A stretch of 64,000 nt of DNA from positions 39,145,816 through 39,209,815 of the forward strand of contig CP154954.1 of NCBI GenBank assembly GCA_039621445.1, given 5' to 3'. A model generated the notes under the pieces. That model saw only the letters and a program-made list of their open reading frames with translations. It was not told where the DNA came from and searched no databases. Made by a program: the position numbers and the translations under genes. Shown one piece after another: positions 12,990-25,842 of the stretch. Numbering within the stretch: position 1 is the first letter of the stretch; each line of letters opens with the position of its first letter. The stretch is from Euglena gracilis (lineage: Eukaryota).

Positions 12990-13301
12990 AGTGTACGTCT
13001 GATTCCCAATTGCCCTTTCCCAATTCCCAAAAGCCTTCGCTTTCGCCTTGGCGCACTTACTTGGGAACTGAAAATCAGAGTAACAGAAAACCCTTTTCCC
13101 ACTTCCCAAGAAGCAAAGCACAGAGCAATGCAGGGAGGACGGACTGGATATCCAAGTCCGGTCTGGAGAAAAGGAAGACAAACAGAATAAAGAATACCAC
13201 CTGTGGAGAGAGAAGGGGCACCCATTAGGAAATCCTAATAGGATCTGCTTCCATCCTAACTTCCTCAACGGAAGGGGACAGAAGCATACGCCTGGTACAC
13301 A
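12990..13301 (-). repeat. 3' LTR of element A
   Basis: Near-identical to 42619-42931 (about 4 differences by eye); terminal inverted repeat GTGTAC...GTACAC. Confidence 0.95.
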
Positions 13302-13311
13302 TCCCCCTCCC
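13302..13311 (-). promoter_or_regulatory. Polypurine tract of element A
   Basis: Minus-strand GGGAGGGGGA abutting the 3' LTR. Confidence 0.85.
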
Positions 13312-14121
13312 AGGGCTATGCCCGATTTCCTCTTTGGACCAGGCATTCTGGCCACAGGCCTTTCGGACACAGACCTGGTCTGTGGGAGGTGCACCCTGGC
13401 GCATCCACAGGGGCCCTTTCCGTCGCACAGGGGTCCACTCAAAAAGGGGGGCGGAAAGGAGGGGGACCCAAAAGCCCAAAACGAGCAAAATGGTTTCACC
13501 TACTTTGCGGTGGCTTATGGGTGTATAGTATACTATAGCCCACTGGTGAAAATGGGGCTGGCAGGTTTCCTTGCCAAGCAAACCCATCCACCCAGTTTGG
13601 GTGTGCTAAAGGCACTTGGGGTTGGTCCATGGGCATTCCGGGAATACCCATGGGGAGGGTGTGGAAGGAGGGGGCCTCTGACCAGTCAAAACTGGGCAGG
13701 GCGCATGGCCAGTCAAACCTGACCACGCAAAAGAAAAGTCCTACTCTACAAAACCAACTGCCGGCGACAGCATTTGTCCCGGGGGGAAAGTAGAGAGGAG
13801 TGGGGGGTTGGCTTAGGCCAGAAAAGGTGCTGCCTGGCAGCCTGAAGGCCTCAAACGGCCAAAAAGAAAAAGGGAAAGGAAAGAAAAGAGGCCTTCGGCC
13901 CTGTGCGCTGCGTGTCGCAAGCCCGCGAGAGGGGAGAGGGGAGAGGGGTGTGCATGCATGCGCACGGAATCCTGCACATGGCAGCATCCCGGTGGGAACT
14001 TACTAGCGGCGAATACCGCAAAGGGTCTTCGAAGGGTTGCTCGGGCGAATACCCGAACAAGGGTTCAGGCGAATACCTGACGAGGGTTCTGAAAGACGCC
14101 GCATTGGCGCTGACAGACACC

Positions 14122-17100
14122 TCACCTGCCTCTATTGTCTGGGCGTTCGCGTACCTCACGCCAGTAGTCGTGTTGAGGGTCCCCTAATGGGTCCTCGACC
14201 AACTCCAGTTGGCGTGGGGAACGTGGTGGAGCTGATTCACTCCGAATGATGTTGAGCTCCGGATCGTTGGCATCAAAGGAAGGGGTCTCCCATTCCTTGA
14301 TCCAACTGTCCGGCAGCTTCTCCCTGGTACGGTCAGCATGATGCTGAAGGTACCGTTGGAGGTGCTCCCAGAAAATTCTGGGCAGCATCACCGGCCAGAT
14401 GATGTAATTCATCCGGGGGTGATTCGCAGGCACCTGCGGGGCATCCCCGGGGTCTGCTTGAAGTTGACGTCATACGCCCACCTCGCTGTCCGAGCTCTTG
14501 CGGTATGGGGCCGTAATACAGCCGCCAACCAACCTCTGAAGTCCACCAAATCGTGTTCTTCAGGAGGCCAAAGTGGCAAGGCGTATCCGCCATGCTGACG
14601 CTTGAAGAACAGGGGGTAAACCTGTGTATCCCAGTCGCCATCAGTCCAGAGGTAAGGCACTCTTACCCTGGCGTGTTCCTCGACGGCGAGGCGCATTGCC
14701 CCAGCGTCGATCTGGAACTCACGGGCCATTCCCGTGTGGCGGTAGCTTTCTACCTTTCGGAAGTCGCTGTGTGGCACTCGCCACATACGAGCGCCACACA
14801 GTTCGGCACAAATGCCCTGTGATGGAACGTCGTGGATTGCACCTGCCGCTTGCACACATGCACAAGTGGCTGGTTGTGCCGCACATGGTGGCACACGGTG
14901 CACGTCCAGGCAAAGGACGTGCCGTGCTGGAAATCCAACACGCAGTCCTCACCGAAGTACTTTGCCAGTGCTTGGGGTGAGCGCCTGTTCCAAAATGTCC
15001 AGGTGTGTTCCGGGACATAGTGGAAAGGTTCTCCTCGGACGAAGAGGGGCTAAATCCATCGATTCAGTGACCATTTCTGGTGCCGAATAGCAGCCAGCTT
15101 CCTCGTCCTTTCTTCCACGGTGCCTAGGCTGGTCAGGATATCCTGAGCCCAGAGCAGGGCATCCACAGACACGGGAGGTGAAGCAGGTTCATCCTGCTCC
15201 TCATCCGTCGAACCGGCGGAAGATTGGGTCTGTCGACCACGAGCTTTACCTTTCGGTTTGCTCTGGCCGTACCCGGACGATGCAACGGCCGAATAGTCGT
15301 GCAATGTCGTAGGGCCTTTTGGCTGTCCGCCGGTCTGGCCTCCAGCGCCACCTTTCGGTGGTGGTTTCCCATCACCGCCTTGGACAGGGGGCTTACAGGG
15401 TGCAGCACCCGGCTTGCCTCCTTTCGGCTTCGCACTCCCGGAATCAGGAGGCGATGGCTGCGGCTTACTCCTGGTATCAGGAGCAGGTTTCGCTGGAGCA
15501 GACGATTGTCGTCAGGGCGAAGCGGGCATCATGACCGCTGGATCGCGCATGACGCTCCGAGGCGTTGGTACGCGTTCCTGGGGTTGTTCAGCCGGCGTCC
15601 GTCGAGCAGGTTCATCCTGCCCGCGGGGGCGTGGGACTGTGGTTGTCACCGGAACCGGTGCTTCCACAGGCCCTGACACTCCCAGAAACTCTCCCATTGT
15701 CATCGGGGTGTCAGAGGGTCTGCGCGGTGTCGGTGGTCGTGGGGGTATTTCCTCCACTTCCATTTCGACGTCTGGCCGAGGAGGTTGATCCTCCACAACC
15801 GCTGGCGCAGGTGCTACTGGAGGTTGATCCTCCGTTGTAGCCGTTACGACAGATGGCTCTGTCGGCCGGGGTTCATCTCCTGATGGTGGTTGCACTGGTG
15901 CCGGAGATGGGGGTGCGGGGACACCGACATCTGGTGTCTCCACGACCTCGGCGGCGGAGCTTGATGCTACGCCTCCACCTCGTGGCGTTAGTGCAGCAGC
16001 CACGGCAGTAATGCCAGTGACCACGGCGCCGAGTACACGGCCTCCTAATGAGGTTCGTGCTGTGGGGCTGGCGGGTTCCTCGGGGATATCCTCGACGACC
16101 ACACCAGTCACCACGGCTTCAGGCTCAGCCGTCGACACAGGCGCTGCAGCCATAGGTGTATCCCCTATGGGTGCTTCGTCTGGCCGAGGCTGTGCCGGAG
16201 TAGGCAGAGCAGCGTAGAGGATATCCTCGACGTTCTCGCCTTCCTCCTGGGGGAGTTCCTCGTCTCCACCTGTCGGTGGACAGACGGGAGCCGTCGCAGG
16301 GGCCGGGGAAACTGATCGTTCCCCTGCCACTCGCGGGGCAGAGACGAAGGACACTGCCGTTCCTGTCGGAGATGGCGGCGCTGCCTCCAGAATGGTGACG
16401 GAGGGGCTGCGTTCGCGTTCCTCCCGCCGCGGAATCGCGGTGGTGGAAGCGACGGACGCCTCACGTCTCCTTCGCGCCAGAGGTTCATCCTCCGGGGCGA
16501 TGAAGGTGCGCAGATCCTCGAGTGAACGAGGATCGTCGGGGTGCCATCGGCATCCTTGAGCATCCGCCAGCCTGTAAAAGGCCAGCGTGCTGCTGCTGGG
16601 GCGGTTGGGCCAGGGTGGTGGCCATGATGGCTGCACCCAGGCATTGGCAGGCCTGTTCGGGCCCAGGAATCCGCGGTAACGCGTGTCTTCCCGGACCTCG
16701 AAAAACCCTTCCTCGAACTCCTGCACGCATGCCAAAATCGGCATACCCAGGTCGAGGATGGCCTTCGGGTAATTCATCAGCTGGAGGAATACCTCCCAGT
16801 CGAGGGTACCGCCAAACTGTCGCCTCAAATGTTCTTCCAGGTCGATACCGGCCAGGTGCCAGTTGGGGCGCAGGTCGGCGATGACCCGACGACGACGAGG
16901 TCCCTCAACGGGGTCGCCGTAGTCTGGTGGCAGACTTTCCATACCTGGTCCATCGTCCTGGGGGTCACGGAGACGTATATACACCTCCATGACGTAGGTG
17001 GTCCAGGCTCGCCACCAGAACTGCTGCAGCATAAAAATACGCTGCTTGTGGACGCGGCGACTTCTGCCCTTGACATCCGGGGCGTCGCGGCACACATGCA

Positions 17101-19442
17101 TAAGCATGCGGCGTCCCATCCCCAGGCCCGGGTTATCCCGAGGCGGTGGAAGGCTTCCACGCAAGCCGAATCCCCAGAAGTCGACAGGAAATTCCTGCAG
17201 GCAATACTTACAACAGAGGTCATACCTCTGTGGGTAAGCCAGGGAAACGCGCTGAACGCGGAAGGTTGAGCCGTAATGGCTCACCAGCCGCACCTGGAGG
17301 ATGTTGCACCACAACACCTCAATCAGGCGTCCTACTTCGGGGTGCAGCGGAAAGTATCTCCACTGGACTCCGAGGGGTCCTACTGAATGGATACATTCGA
17401 GGTAGGCCTTCAGCATCCGGGCCAACACCTGCTGGTCCCGGAATGCCAGTCCCAACTGGTGCAGATAACTGCGACCAGTGGAGTCGCTGAAGAGACCCCA
17501 GTTCTGGCAGGGGTATCCCAGCAAAAACCATAGCTCCCAAAAGCCCGGCTGGGCATCCAGCAAAGGTCTGCACCTTCACCTTCGAAGGCGTACAGATCTA
17601 TTCCGTAATGGAATAGTCTGACTCTGTTCTCGCTGTGGTGTAATACCACATCGATGACTGTCTCTGGAGGAGTGACGGGGCGGTTTCCTGCAACATGGTA
17701 ATCATGCTGCATTCGCCAGCCTTCGTCTTCCAGCTCCTCCTTGAACCTGAGCATATGCTCAAAGTCCGAGAGGACTTCTGCTGGTTCTTCCTCCTCCTCA
17801 CGGGCTGTACCCTTACCCTTGCCCTCACCTTTGCCTTTGCCGGCCACACCTTTGCCTTCTCCCTTGCCTTTTCCCTCAGCCTTACCTTTGTCCTTCCCCG
17901 TCTGGTGAATACCAGCAGGTCGGGCGCTCGGTGCGGCAGCAGTCGGTTCGGTACCTTCCCATTCCTTCTCTGGGGAGGGGCCTTGCCGTTCCGCTGCACG
18001 TCGCGGTGATGGCGTGGCTGGGCGCTGGCTAGGAGCCTGGCGTGGGCTTGGTTTCGGCGTAGTGGGTCGCGGCTCCTTCCATACCGGAGGGATCGGCGGT
18101 GGCATTGCGGCAACAGGACGGCTCATTGCTGCCTGTGCCTCTGCCGCTGGTTGTCTAGCCAGGGTATCCTGGCTGGCTTCCACCTGCATTGCCGAACCGC
18201 CTTCCGCGTCCCCTGGGGTGGGTCGCCTGGGCTGTGGGGTAAGGTCCTCCGTAGCCCTATGGCGCTTCAGGGTGGCAGGTAATCCTGCCGCTCCTGCCGG
18301 GGGCTCACCGGGTAATACCGGGGTTGCCACCCGCAGCTGCGGTTTGTACGGATATGGGGTGTATCCACGGCCCTGAAGGGCAGCCAGCCAGGAATAATAC
18401 CTCGCCCGGTGCTCTTCAGACGCGAATACTGGCTCCTGCAGGAAATGCCGAGCAAGTTCATCCTGCTCGGTTCCCGGAGGTGTCATGTGGTAGTAGGGAG
18501 CCTCCTGCCGACGCGGGACATCCCCGGTTTGGACAGGAGGTGCACTGGGCGGTCGGGTTGCCGCACGGTGGGGAGGTTCATCCTCCACCACTATGGGCTC
18601 CACCTGCCGCCGTGGCTCAACGCCAGGGGCAGGGGCGACCGGTGATGCCTCTGGCATCCAGTGCGTGAACATGTGTTGGACGTATGCCTCAGGGGGCACG
18701 TCCGACTGTCCGGATGGGAGCACGCGTGCGCCACGTGGGTAGTCCGCGTGCGTCGCGTACTGCGGGGCAAATTGCTCCGCTGGCGGCACGTGCGGCGGCA
18801 TTCGCTGCGGCGAGGGCGGGCGAGCAAATATTCTCGTCATCCCAGGTGGGACATGCACAGCCTCACCTACCGGTGGGGGCGTGTGCTCACGCATGTGCAC
18901 GGTGTGGGATCCCACCGGCGTCTGCGTTTGCAGCATGGGCGGCATATACACGCCCAGGTCCATCATGGTCTCGCCAGGCTCGAATCGGAATCGAATGCCG
19001 ACGAGAAACACCGTCTCCCTGTCATCAGGGCCTGACCACAGGGACACCACTGAGCCACAGGGGTGTTGGCTACCACCAACAACTGAGCGCAGTATGCATC
19101 CCAAAGGGCTTGCATAAAGGGCTCCGTTGGAGGGTGTGCGCACATACGCATCGCCCGCTCCAACGTCTCCGTAGTGCGGAAGATCATCTCTCCCGCATAC
19201 GGGGGCAGCCGCAATCTGCGCTGCACTGGTGGCTGGGGTGCCGGCTGATGGACGGCTGATGGATCTGGTACCGCATATGCGGACCGGCTGCTGGTAGCCG
19301 CGGCGAATACGGGGGCTGGAACCCTTTCAGCATGTGGGGCACCCGGAATCGGGACCTCACCATACTGAGGGTACTGGGGGTATGGCGCGCCCGGAGGCTG
19401 CGGCCATATTGGACCTGGTCCTGGTCCGCGTCAAGGCAGCAT
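14122..19442 (-). pseudogene. Long accessory ORF(s) of element A, unknown function, frameshifted
   Basis: Tiling minus-strand ORFs 19226-18963, 19143-17410, 17563-15512, 15435-15133, 14941-14750, 14903-14409 and 14433-14122 between pol and the 3' LTR. Confidence 0.65.
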
Positions 19443-19636
19443 GATGCTACCCGAACGACGACGACAACGAAGGATAACCTTGTTGTCAGTCGCTTTGAGT
19501 GCTAGGCACTGAAAAAAGAGATGCTTCTATCCTTATCAAAAACTCTGTGAGAAAGACAGAAGATGCAGTGCAGGGGGGGGGGTATAAACGCGAAAAATTC
19601 ACATAAAACACACACATTCTCCAAAACGAAATCGTT

Positions 19637-21499
19637 TCAGAAAGTGTTTATGTTTATGTCTATGTTATTGCGCTTGTTCCACAGCTTCCAATCCTGTTGG
19701 ACGTATCCAACAAAACTTGATGCTGGCTCCCAGGTGTCCTCCTCTGGCCCATACCCTTTCCAGCGAACTTTCTAGTAGTGCACACCCCTGTCGACCTTGT
19801 GGTCTATTATATTATCAACCACAAAGTCGTCCGTTTCAGGTAATCTGGAACGGGGCTTGAAATATAAGCAGGGGATAGCTTTTCCGTCAGGGGGGTTTAG
19901 GTATGGTTTGAAATCGTCCATATGGACGTCCTCAATCCCGTTGGGCAATGCAACTTTATATCGCCCGCTACTACCTAACCTCTCCAAAATTTCGCATGGG
20001 CCGAGCCAAAGAGGGTCTAGCTTGGAAGATTGCATGCGGGTGCAGTTATTCCGTACCCACACGCGGTCACCTGGACTATACATAGGTGTGTTGAAATTTT
20101 GTAAAAACGATTTCCGTTTGTTGGAATGAATTTCTGTGATACGTGATTGAACTTCAGAGCGGAGTTGATTCCACTTCTGCAAACCACGTTTCACAGCTGA
20201 CACTACTTTGGGCGGGTCTCTCCGAGGGGATATCCCCTATGGCCGGAGGGTCTCGTCCGAAAACAATTTTATACGGTGAGTGTGGTAATACCAACCCTGG
20301 CAAGGTATTGATTTAAAATAAACACCAATGAAGAATGGGTATCGAATTCTTACCCGAGTCAGCCAGTGAAAGGCGTAGCATATTGACAACGGATTTCACG
20401 GCTGCCTCAGCTCCACCGTTGCCTTTCGGGCGGTATATAATGGAAAAATGCTGCTCAATACCGAGTAAACCGCATAAAGTTGTGAAAAACCGCAAAGAGA
20501 TCAAGTGATCTTGATCACTCACGATTTCGTTCGGTAAACGCATTAAGCAGATACATTTCTCCAGGAATATGGATGCCAAAATTTGGGCTGTCAACCCTGC
20601 TTTCCGGCATGGAATTGCTACTATGTACCACTCAGCCGACAGACGACAACGAAAACGTAATCGTAAATTTTGTCATCTGATCCTTTGCAAGGTTCGAGTT
20701 CGAGAAAATCCATGCAGAGGGACGTAAAAATGTCCGGTGGTACGGGGAAAAAGTCCATCGTACCAGGGGGGGTACCTGTGCGCGGTTTCACAGCCTGACA
20801 AATTGGGCACCGCTGCGAAATTTGCAAACAGCGCGAATATAAATCTTTTTCACTCAGGGTTGTGCAATATCTGCGACCCACCAGTGAAAGAAGTTTGGGG
20901 GCCCCAGGGTGACCATGGTTGTGATAGCTCAAAATCACATCATCAACCAGGTCTTGGGGTATACAATATTTATAACCAGAATCATTCCGGAAGATAGGTC
21001 GCAATGGTGATAGAGAGTAATTCTCTATGGACTCACCATTACGGAGTCTATTCACAATGGTACTATATACAGGGTCACGCGAATAATCCCATTCGCGGAA
21101 AAATAGGGGGGTAGGAGTTTCCGTACGCGTAATGCGACGGGGTCCGGCAGTGCGTCCACGCCGGCGCCTTCCACGCAATGGTGAAATGGCAATGCTGCAA
21201 TACACCCGGGAAACGGGTAGTGAATCGAGCATGTTGTCCACAGCGTCGGATCGACGTGCGAACTGGTCAGCCCCATGGCTGCCATGAACAGTCGCATCAC
21301 CCTCATCCGGGTCCCCAGGATAATACCAGGGGGCTCGGCTGTGAGGATCCGCCACTTTTTGCGTATGACCTGGGGTATAAACTACCACCAGGTTAAACTG
21401 GCTCAAGAACTCATGCCATCGGCATCGTCTGCCAACTGATGACATGGCCTTGTTCAGGTCCTCGGTATACCAGTGTTGAAGGCTCTCATGATCCGTCAA
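19637..21499 (-). pseudogene. pol: Element A pol, 3' part: end of RNase H, integrase, chromodomain
   Basis: VLTDHESL; H-x3-H...CPIC zinc finger; MDF, IVSDQD, GNGGAE (DDE); WLGPCEI (GPY/F); FVVDNIIDH...Y*KVRWKGYGPEEDTWEP (chromodomain). Confidence 0.93.
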
Positions 21500-21503
21500 C
21501 ACC

Positions 21504-22594
21504 CGTTTCACACCCGTGCTGCCGTGTCCCCCGGCAGCGCTGGGGTGAAGCGGAAACCCCCGCCCCGGGCCAGTTTCCGGCGTAGGATCGTTTTTTGGCT
21601 CCTCGAGCCGACTTGTGTCGGAAATTTTTTCCCATTCTGGCCCCCCCTGTGGCCGAAACTGGGCCATCATTTCCAAGGAGGAACTTCCCAGTGGACCCTC
21701 CCCGACCCCTGAGGGGGGTGTCACTGGGATCTCCAAGGGGGGTGCCTTTGGGGTTTCAACCCCTCCCTGCTCAGCTGAACCAGTGAGAGCCAACACCCCC
21801 CCCCTGGGTGTCATTTCTCACAGTTTCTGGGCCAAAAAGGGGGTTTTGGGGTGAAAAATGGCCTGTGGTTGCCTGAGTTGAAGAGACCCACCCCCCTGCC
21901 CCTTTTCCCACAGATGAGGTGGGGGGAAGACAAACCTCTCCTTCTTCAAATGATTGATTTTGTTGATCTTCCATTGCAATTGAAATTCCAAACTCAATTC
22001 TTGATTGTAATTGGATGTATTTGCCCACAACAAGTACAATGGTGTAAAAGGTAAAGAGGAAAACCCTGTGAAAAGAAAATGATTTTGATGCCCTTGATGG
22101 GCAGTTAAATTTAGGATTGAGTGCGCTGATTCCTAAGCGCTCTCAAATCCCAAATTCTTGCCCATTGCATCAAAATCAACCAACCAAAGTCAAAATCAAG
22201 GTTTCCCCCCTTGATTTTGATAAATTATGCTGAATTCCATCATTATTGAGCTTTGCAAACCCCTGCAAAAACTCCAGGAACTCAGGCGCCAATCTCTTAA
22301 AATTCTGTTCCAAGCGCTTGCAAGCGCTCTCACCAAATCCAACATTTTCCCTTAAAACCAAAGGAGAAATGCATAAAAAGCTTAAATTGTGCTAAATAAA
22401 CTCAAAATAACCCTTTGGGAATACCTAGCATCACTCAATCTCTCTCCTTGCACAACCAAAGCATGGGCGCCCTAGGAGAGGGAATTTTAATGGAAATCTT
22501 TAGAAAGCCTTAAAATTAGAGCAAAACCGCCCTCAAAAGGCCTTCTAAAAGGGAAAAACTCCGCCGCCCGGCGGTCGACCTCAAACGGTCGTCA
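21504..22594 (-). repeat. 3' LTR of element B
   Basis: Near-identical to 33943-35029; starts TGACG on the minus strand directly after the PPT. Confidence 0.95.
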
Positions 22595-22605
22595 CTCCCC
22601 CCCTT
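22595..22605 (-). promoter_or_regulatory. Polypurine tract of element B
   Basis: Minus-strand AAGGGGGGGAG abutting the LTR. Confidence 0.85.
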
Positions 22606-22859
22606 GCGACGAAAGTCGGGGGTTTCACCCCCCCTCCTTCTCGCTTTCCTTGGGATGGGAATGAAAGACACTTTGAATTTTTGCAACGCAATTGCGATAA
22701 CATCGTTCGAGATCGTGCATAAGTGGCGGAACGGTGTGGAGGAATCTATTAGGCCATAGATTCTATTCCACCACACCGAGCCCCCCCCCACGGTTCTCAC
22801 CACCGTGAAAGGAAATGGGGGCCCAACACCACTCAAAAAAATCCTTTCTTGAATGGATA

Positions 22860-23420
22860 AAAATCAGCCCCCCCCCCCACGGTTTTCCCAACCGTTTAGG
22901 GGATGGAGGGTCCATTATCACCAAAAATCCTTTCGGTGATAGATGAAAATCAGCCCCCCCCCCCCCTCGAGGGGAAGGCCTTGGGGAAAAGCTTGTCCCC
23001 CCCCCGGAGAGGTGGGCTTGACTTGCCCCCCCCCCCCCCCGGGGGGAAGGATTTGGGGAAAGGTTTGCCCCCCCCCCGGCGAGAGGTGGGCTTGACTTGC
23101 CCCCCCCCCCCGAGGGGAAAGCCTTGGGCAACCGCCCCCCCCGGCAAAGGGAGGGCTTGACTTGCCCCCCCCCCCCCCGGGGGTTGAAGAAGACAACTCA
23201 CCGGGCACCGCCCCCCCCCCCCCCGATCCTTGCCCCCCCCCCCCCAACCGCCCACCCCCCCATTGGGCCCCCCCCCCCCCCCCGCACCCCCTCTCCCCCT
23301 TTTTTTTTTTTTTTTAACCCCCCCCCCCCCCCCCCTTTTGCCCCTTTTTCCCCCCCCCCGATTTTCGCCCCCCACCTCCCCACCCCCCCCCCATTTTTTT
23401 TCCTTATTGTCAACATTGTT
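22860..23420. repeat. Homopolymer-rich low-complexity tract with ~60-bp imperfect tandem units
   Basis: Recurring GGGCTTGACTTG(C)n...GGGGAA units, then long C and T runs; sequence quality may be poor. Confidence 0.75.
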
Positions 23421-24896
23421 TTCTTTCCTCATCCTTCTTCTGTTTTTCAATTTCTACTCACTTCCCCAATATAATCATCCCAATATTTCCATCATTTTTC
23501 AACTCTTTTTTAGGTTTATTGGTTTTTTGTTTCCACTTTTGTTGTTTCCTTATTTTTATTTCCCGTTTTGTATTTTTGTTTTCCTTTTTTTTCCCAACCC
23601 AACTCCTTCCGCCCTTTTTCTCCACATTGAATTTAGTTGCAATATTTTTTCCTTTATTTGTTCCCTTTTTTTATCCGTCATTTGATTTCTGTGTTTTTTT
23701 CCCCCATTAATAGTTTTTTTCCTTTTTTCCCCCCACCTGAGTTTCACTCCAAATCCACTTAACAAAATTGATTAAAATTTCCCGCCTTGACCTTTCCCTC
23801 ACTTCCAAAGGGGAGTTGTCCGTTGATAAGAGGACCGGGGGAGGGAAAATGGGACCTTTGCCTATTTCCATTTGAAAGAATTCCATGTCCCTTTCACTGA
23901 AACAACCTTTTCGAGGTCAGGATGGCTAGCGGCATGGGTATCGGCAATTACCATCTCCACGTGCTCACTCCACGTGCTCCTCGTACACTGATACCAGAAA
24001 GCAACTCCTTGAAATAGTTTGAACTCCGTCTTCAGTTCATCCAATTCAGAGTCCCAGACTTCAAATTGATAATCCGTCCTGAGTAGGTGAACGAAACGGA
24101 TGGTGATGGTTGCTAGAGCCAAACGCCTCGTCGAAGTTCGCGTGTTGGGCTTCGGCGTCTTCCTTGGCTGCCGGTTTGCCTCCCCTTTCTGTGGTGGCAA
24201 ACAATGCAAAACGATATGATAGGATTCCTTTCCCCAATTGAAAATTTACCAATGTGGCTTAGCCCAGCCAAACCGACAGGGCAATCCCAAAACCACATTG
24301 TCATTACCCCCCCCCTCCAATACTTGGAGGAGGCTGTCAAAAGAACAAACCCTCGGTGGTGCTTCCGGTGGTTTGTCTTCTTTAAGAATTTTTGGTGAAA
24401 CTTCCAAACCGGAATCCACCCACAACAACATAAACAAAACAGGTGGCAATCATGCACTCATTCAACGTTTTGCTTTTGTTGTTGTTGGCAATATCCCTTC
24501 CCGTTCCGGGGTGGGATCCTTTGATTGGAAAACACCCACCTAAAAAAAATAGAATAAGATCCCTGGCTAGTTTCCCCCTAGCCACGAGAATCCTTCATTC
24601 ACCCTTGAAATCCTTTCACGGGAGTTCAATGGAAAATGGCAGAAAAATCAACAGGGGCAATGAAATATCCTCGATTGCCCACACCAGCCTCACCCAAACC
24701 AGGGTGTAGTGGTGAATGAAAACTTCAGGGGGAGAAATAAAAAAATGAAACCAATGACGAGGAAACTCCCGTCATTTTTCCCAGGGCCTCAGCCCTGTGA
24801 TGGTGTCCACCTGCATCTGTGAAGAGGCATAGAGCGGACCTCCCCCTCCCCAGGCAACCACTCCAGGCCCTTTTTCACCAATCCTTTTCCCCCTTT

Positions 24897-25842
24897 TCAG
24901 GTTGCCGTTGCCTTTAAATCCTTAGAGACATCTAACGGCAACCCTTTTCCCAGGTAATACGCTATTACGTCACTATTGTACTCCTGAAAAAAATGTTCCA
25001 CCGGTTCCCAATTCGCCTCCTCAAACCCTTGCCACTTCGTTAAGAAAAACATTTTTCCCTTAACGAACTTGTGGTTTAGGATTTTATCCACTAACCAGGT
25101 ATCTGGGGCACCTTCCGCCTCAGGTACCGTCCGCCGGTGGAAAAACAGGGGGATAGGCTTATCGGATGTGGGGTCCTCCACATATACCTTCAAAGCCTTC
25201 CGATGGGCCTTCATAATATGGCCCGGTTTAACCTCAATCAGGTAGGAATGAATTCCCTCCCTCGCGGTAACCTTGCAAGGGCCCAACCAACGGGAATCCA
25301 ATTTCGTGCCACTATCGGGGGGTCTCAGGTACCACACCAGATTCCCCACCTCCAATGGCTCCCAACCGTCCAAACCACGGTTGGCCCGAGCACATTGCTT
25401 GGCATGCAAATTATTCATTTTGCCAGCTACTACCAAATCAATTTCTCTTTGCCGAGAGAAAAATGATCTGGCATCTTCACAATCCCTTAACGGTTCATAA
25501 GGTAAACCACCCAATGAACGGTGTCGACCGAACAAGATTTGAAATGGGCTGAGGCCACTCTCCCCCGGCGTATCATGAATACGGTCTAGTGCTTGGGGGA
25601 GGGCTTCGACCCAATTCAGCTTGTCCTCAACCTGAATTTTCTTAAGCCGTTCCATTATTTGTTGGCCAGCCCTCTCCACCCTACCATTCGCCTGGTGATG
25701 GTAGGCCTGGGAGTAGGCTTGCCTAATTCCCATCAAGGCACACATTGTCTGCCACCAACCGGCGACAAAATGTGAGCCCAGATCGGAAGTAATAATGGAA
25801 GGGACGCCAAAAGGTCGCCAAGCATGCAACAGCATTTGCTTG
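24897..25842 (-). pseudogene. pol: Element B integrase, C-terminal half plus chromodomain
   Basis: FGVPSIITSDLGSHF, YHHQANGRVER, RWLGPCKV, WLVDKILNH...FLTKWQGFEEANWEP. Confidence 0.94.

Noticed and set aside
22763-23765. Gly-, Pro- and Phe-rich ORFs
   Set aside because: Translations of homopolymer-rich, possibly low-quality sequence.
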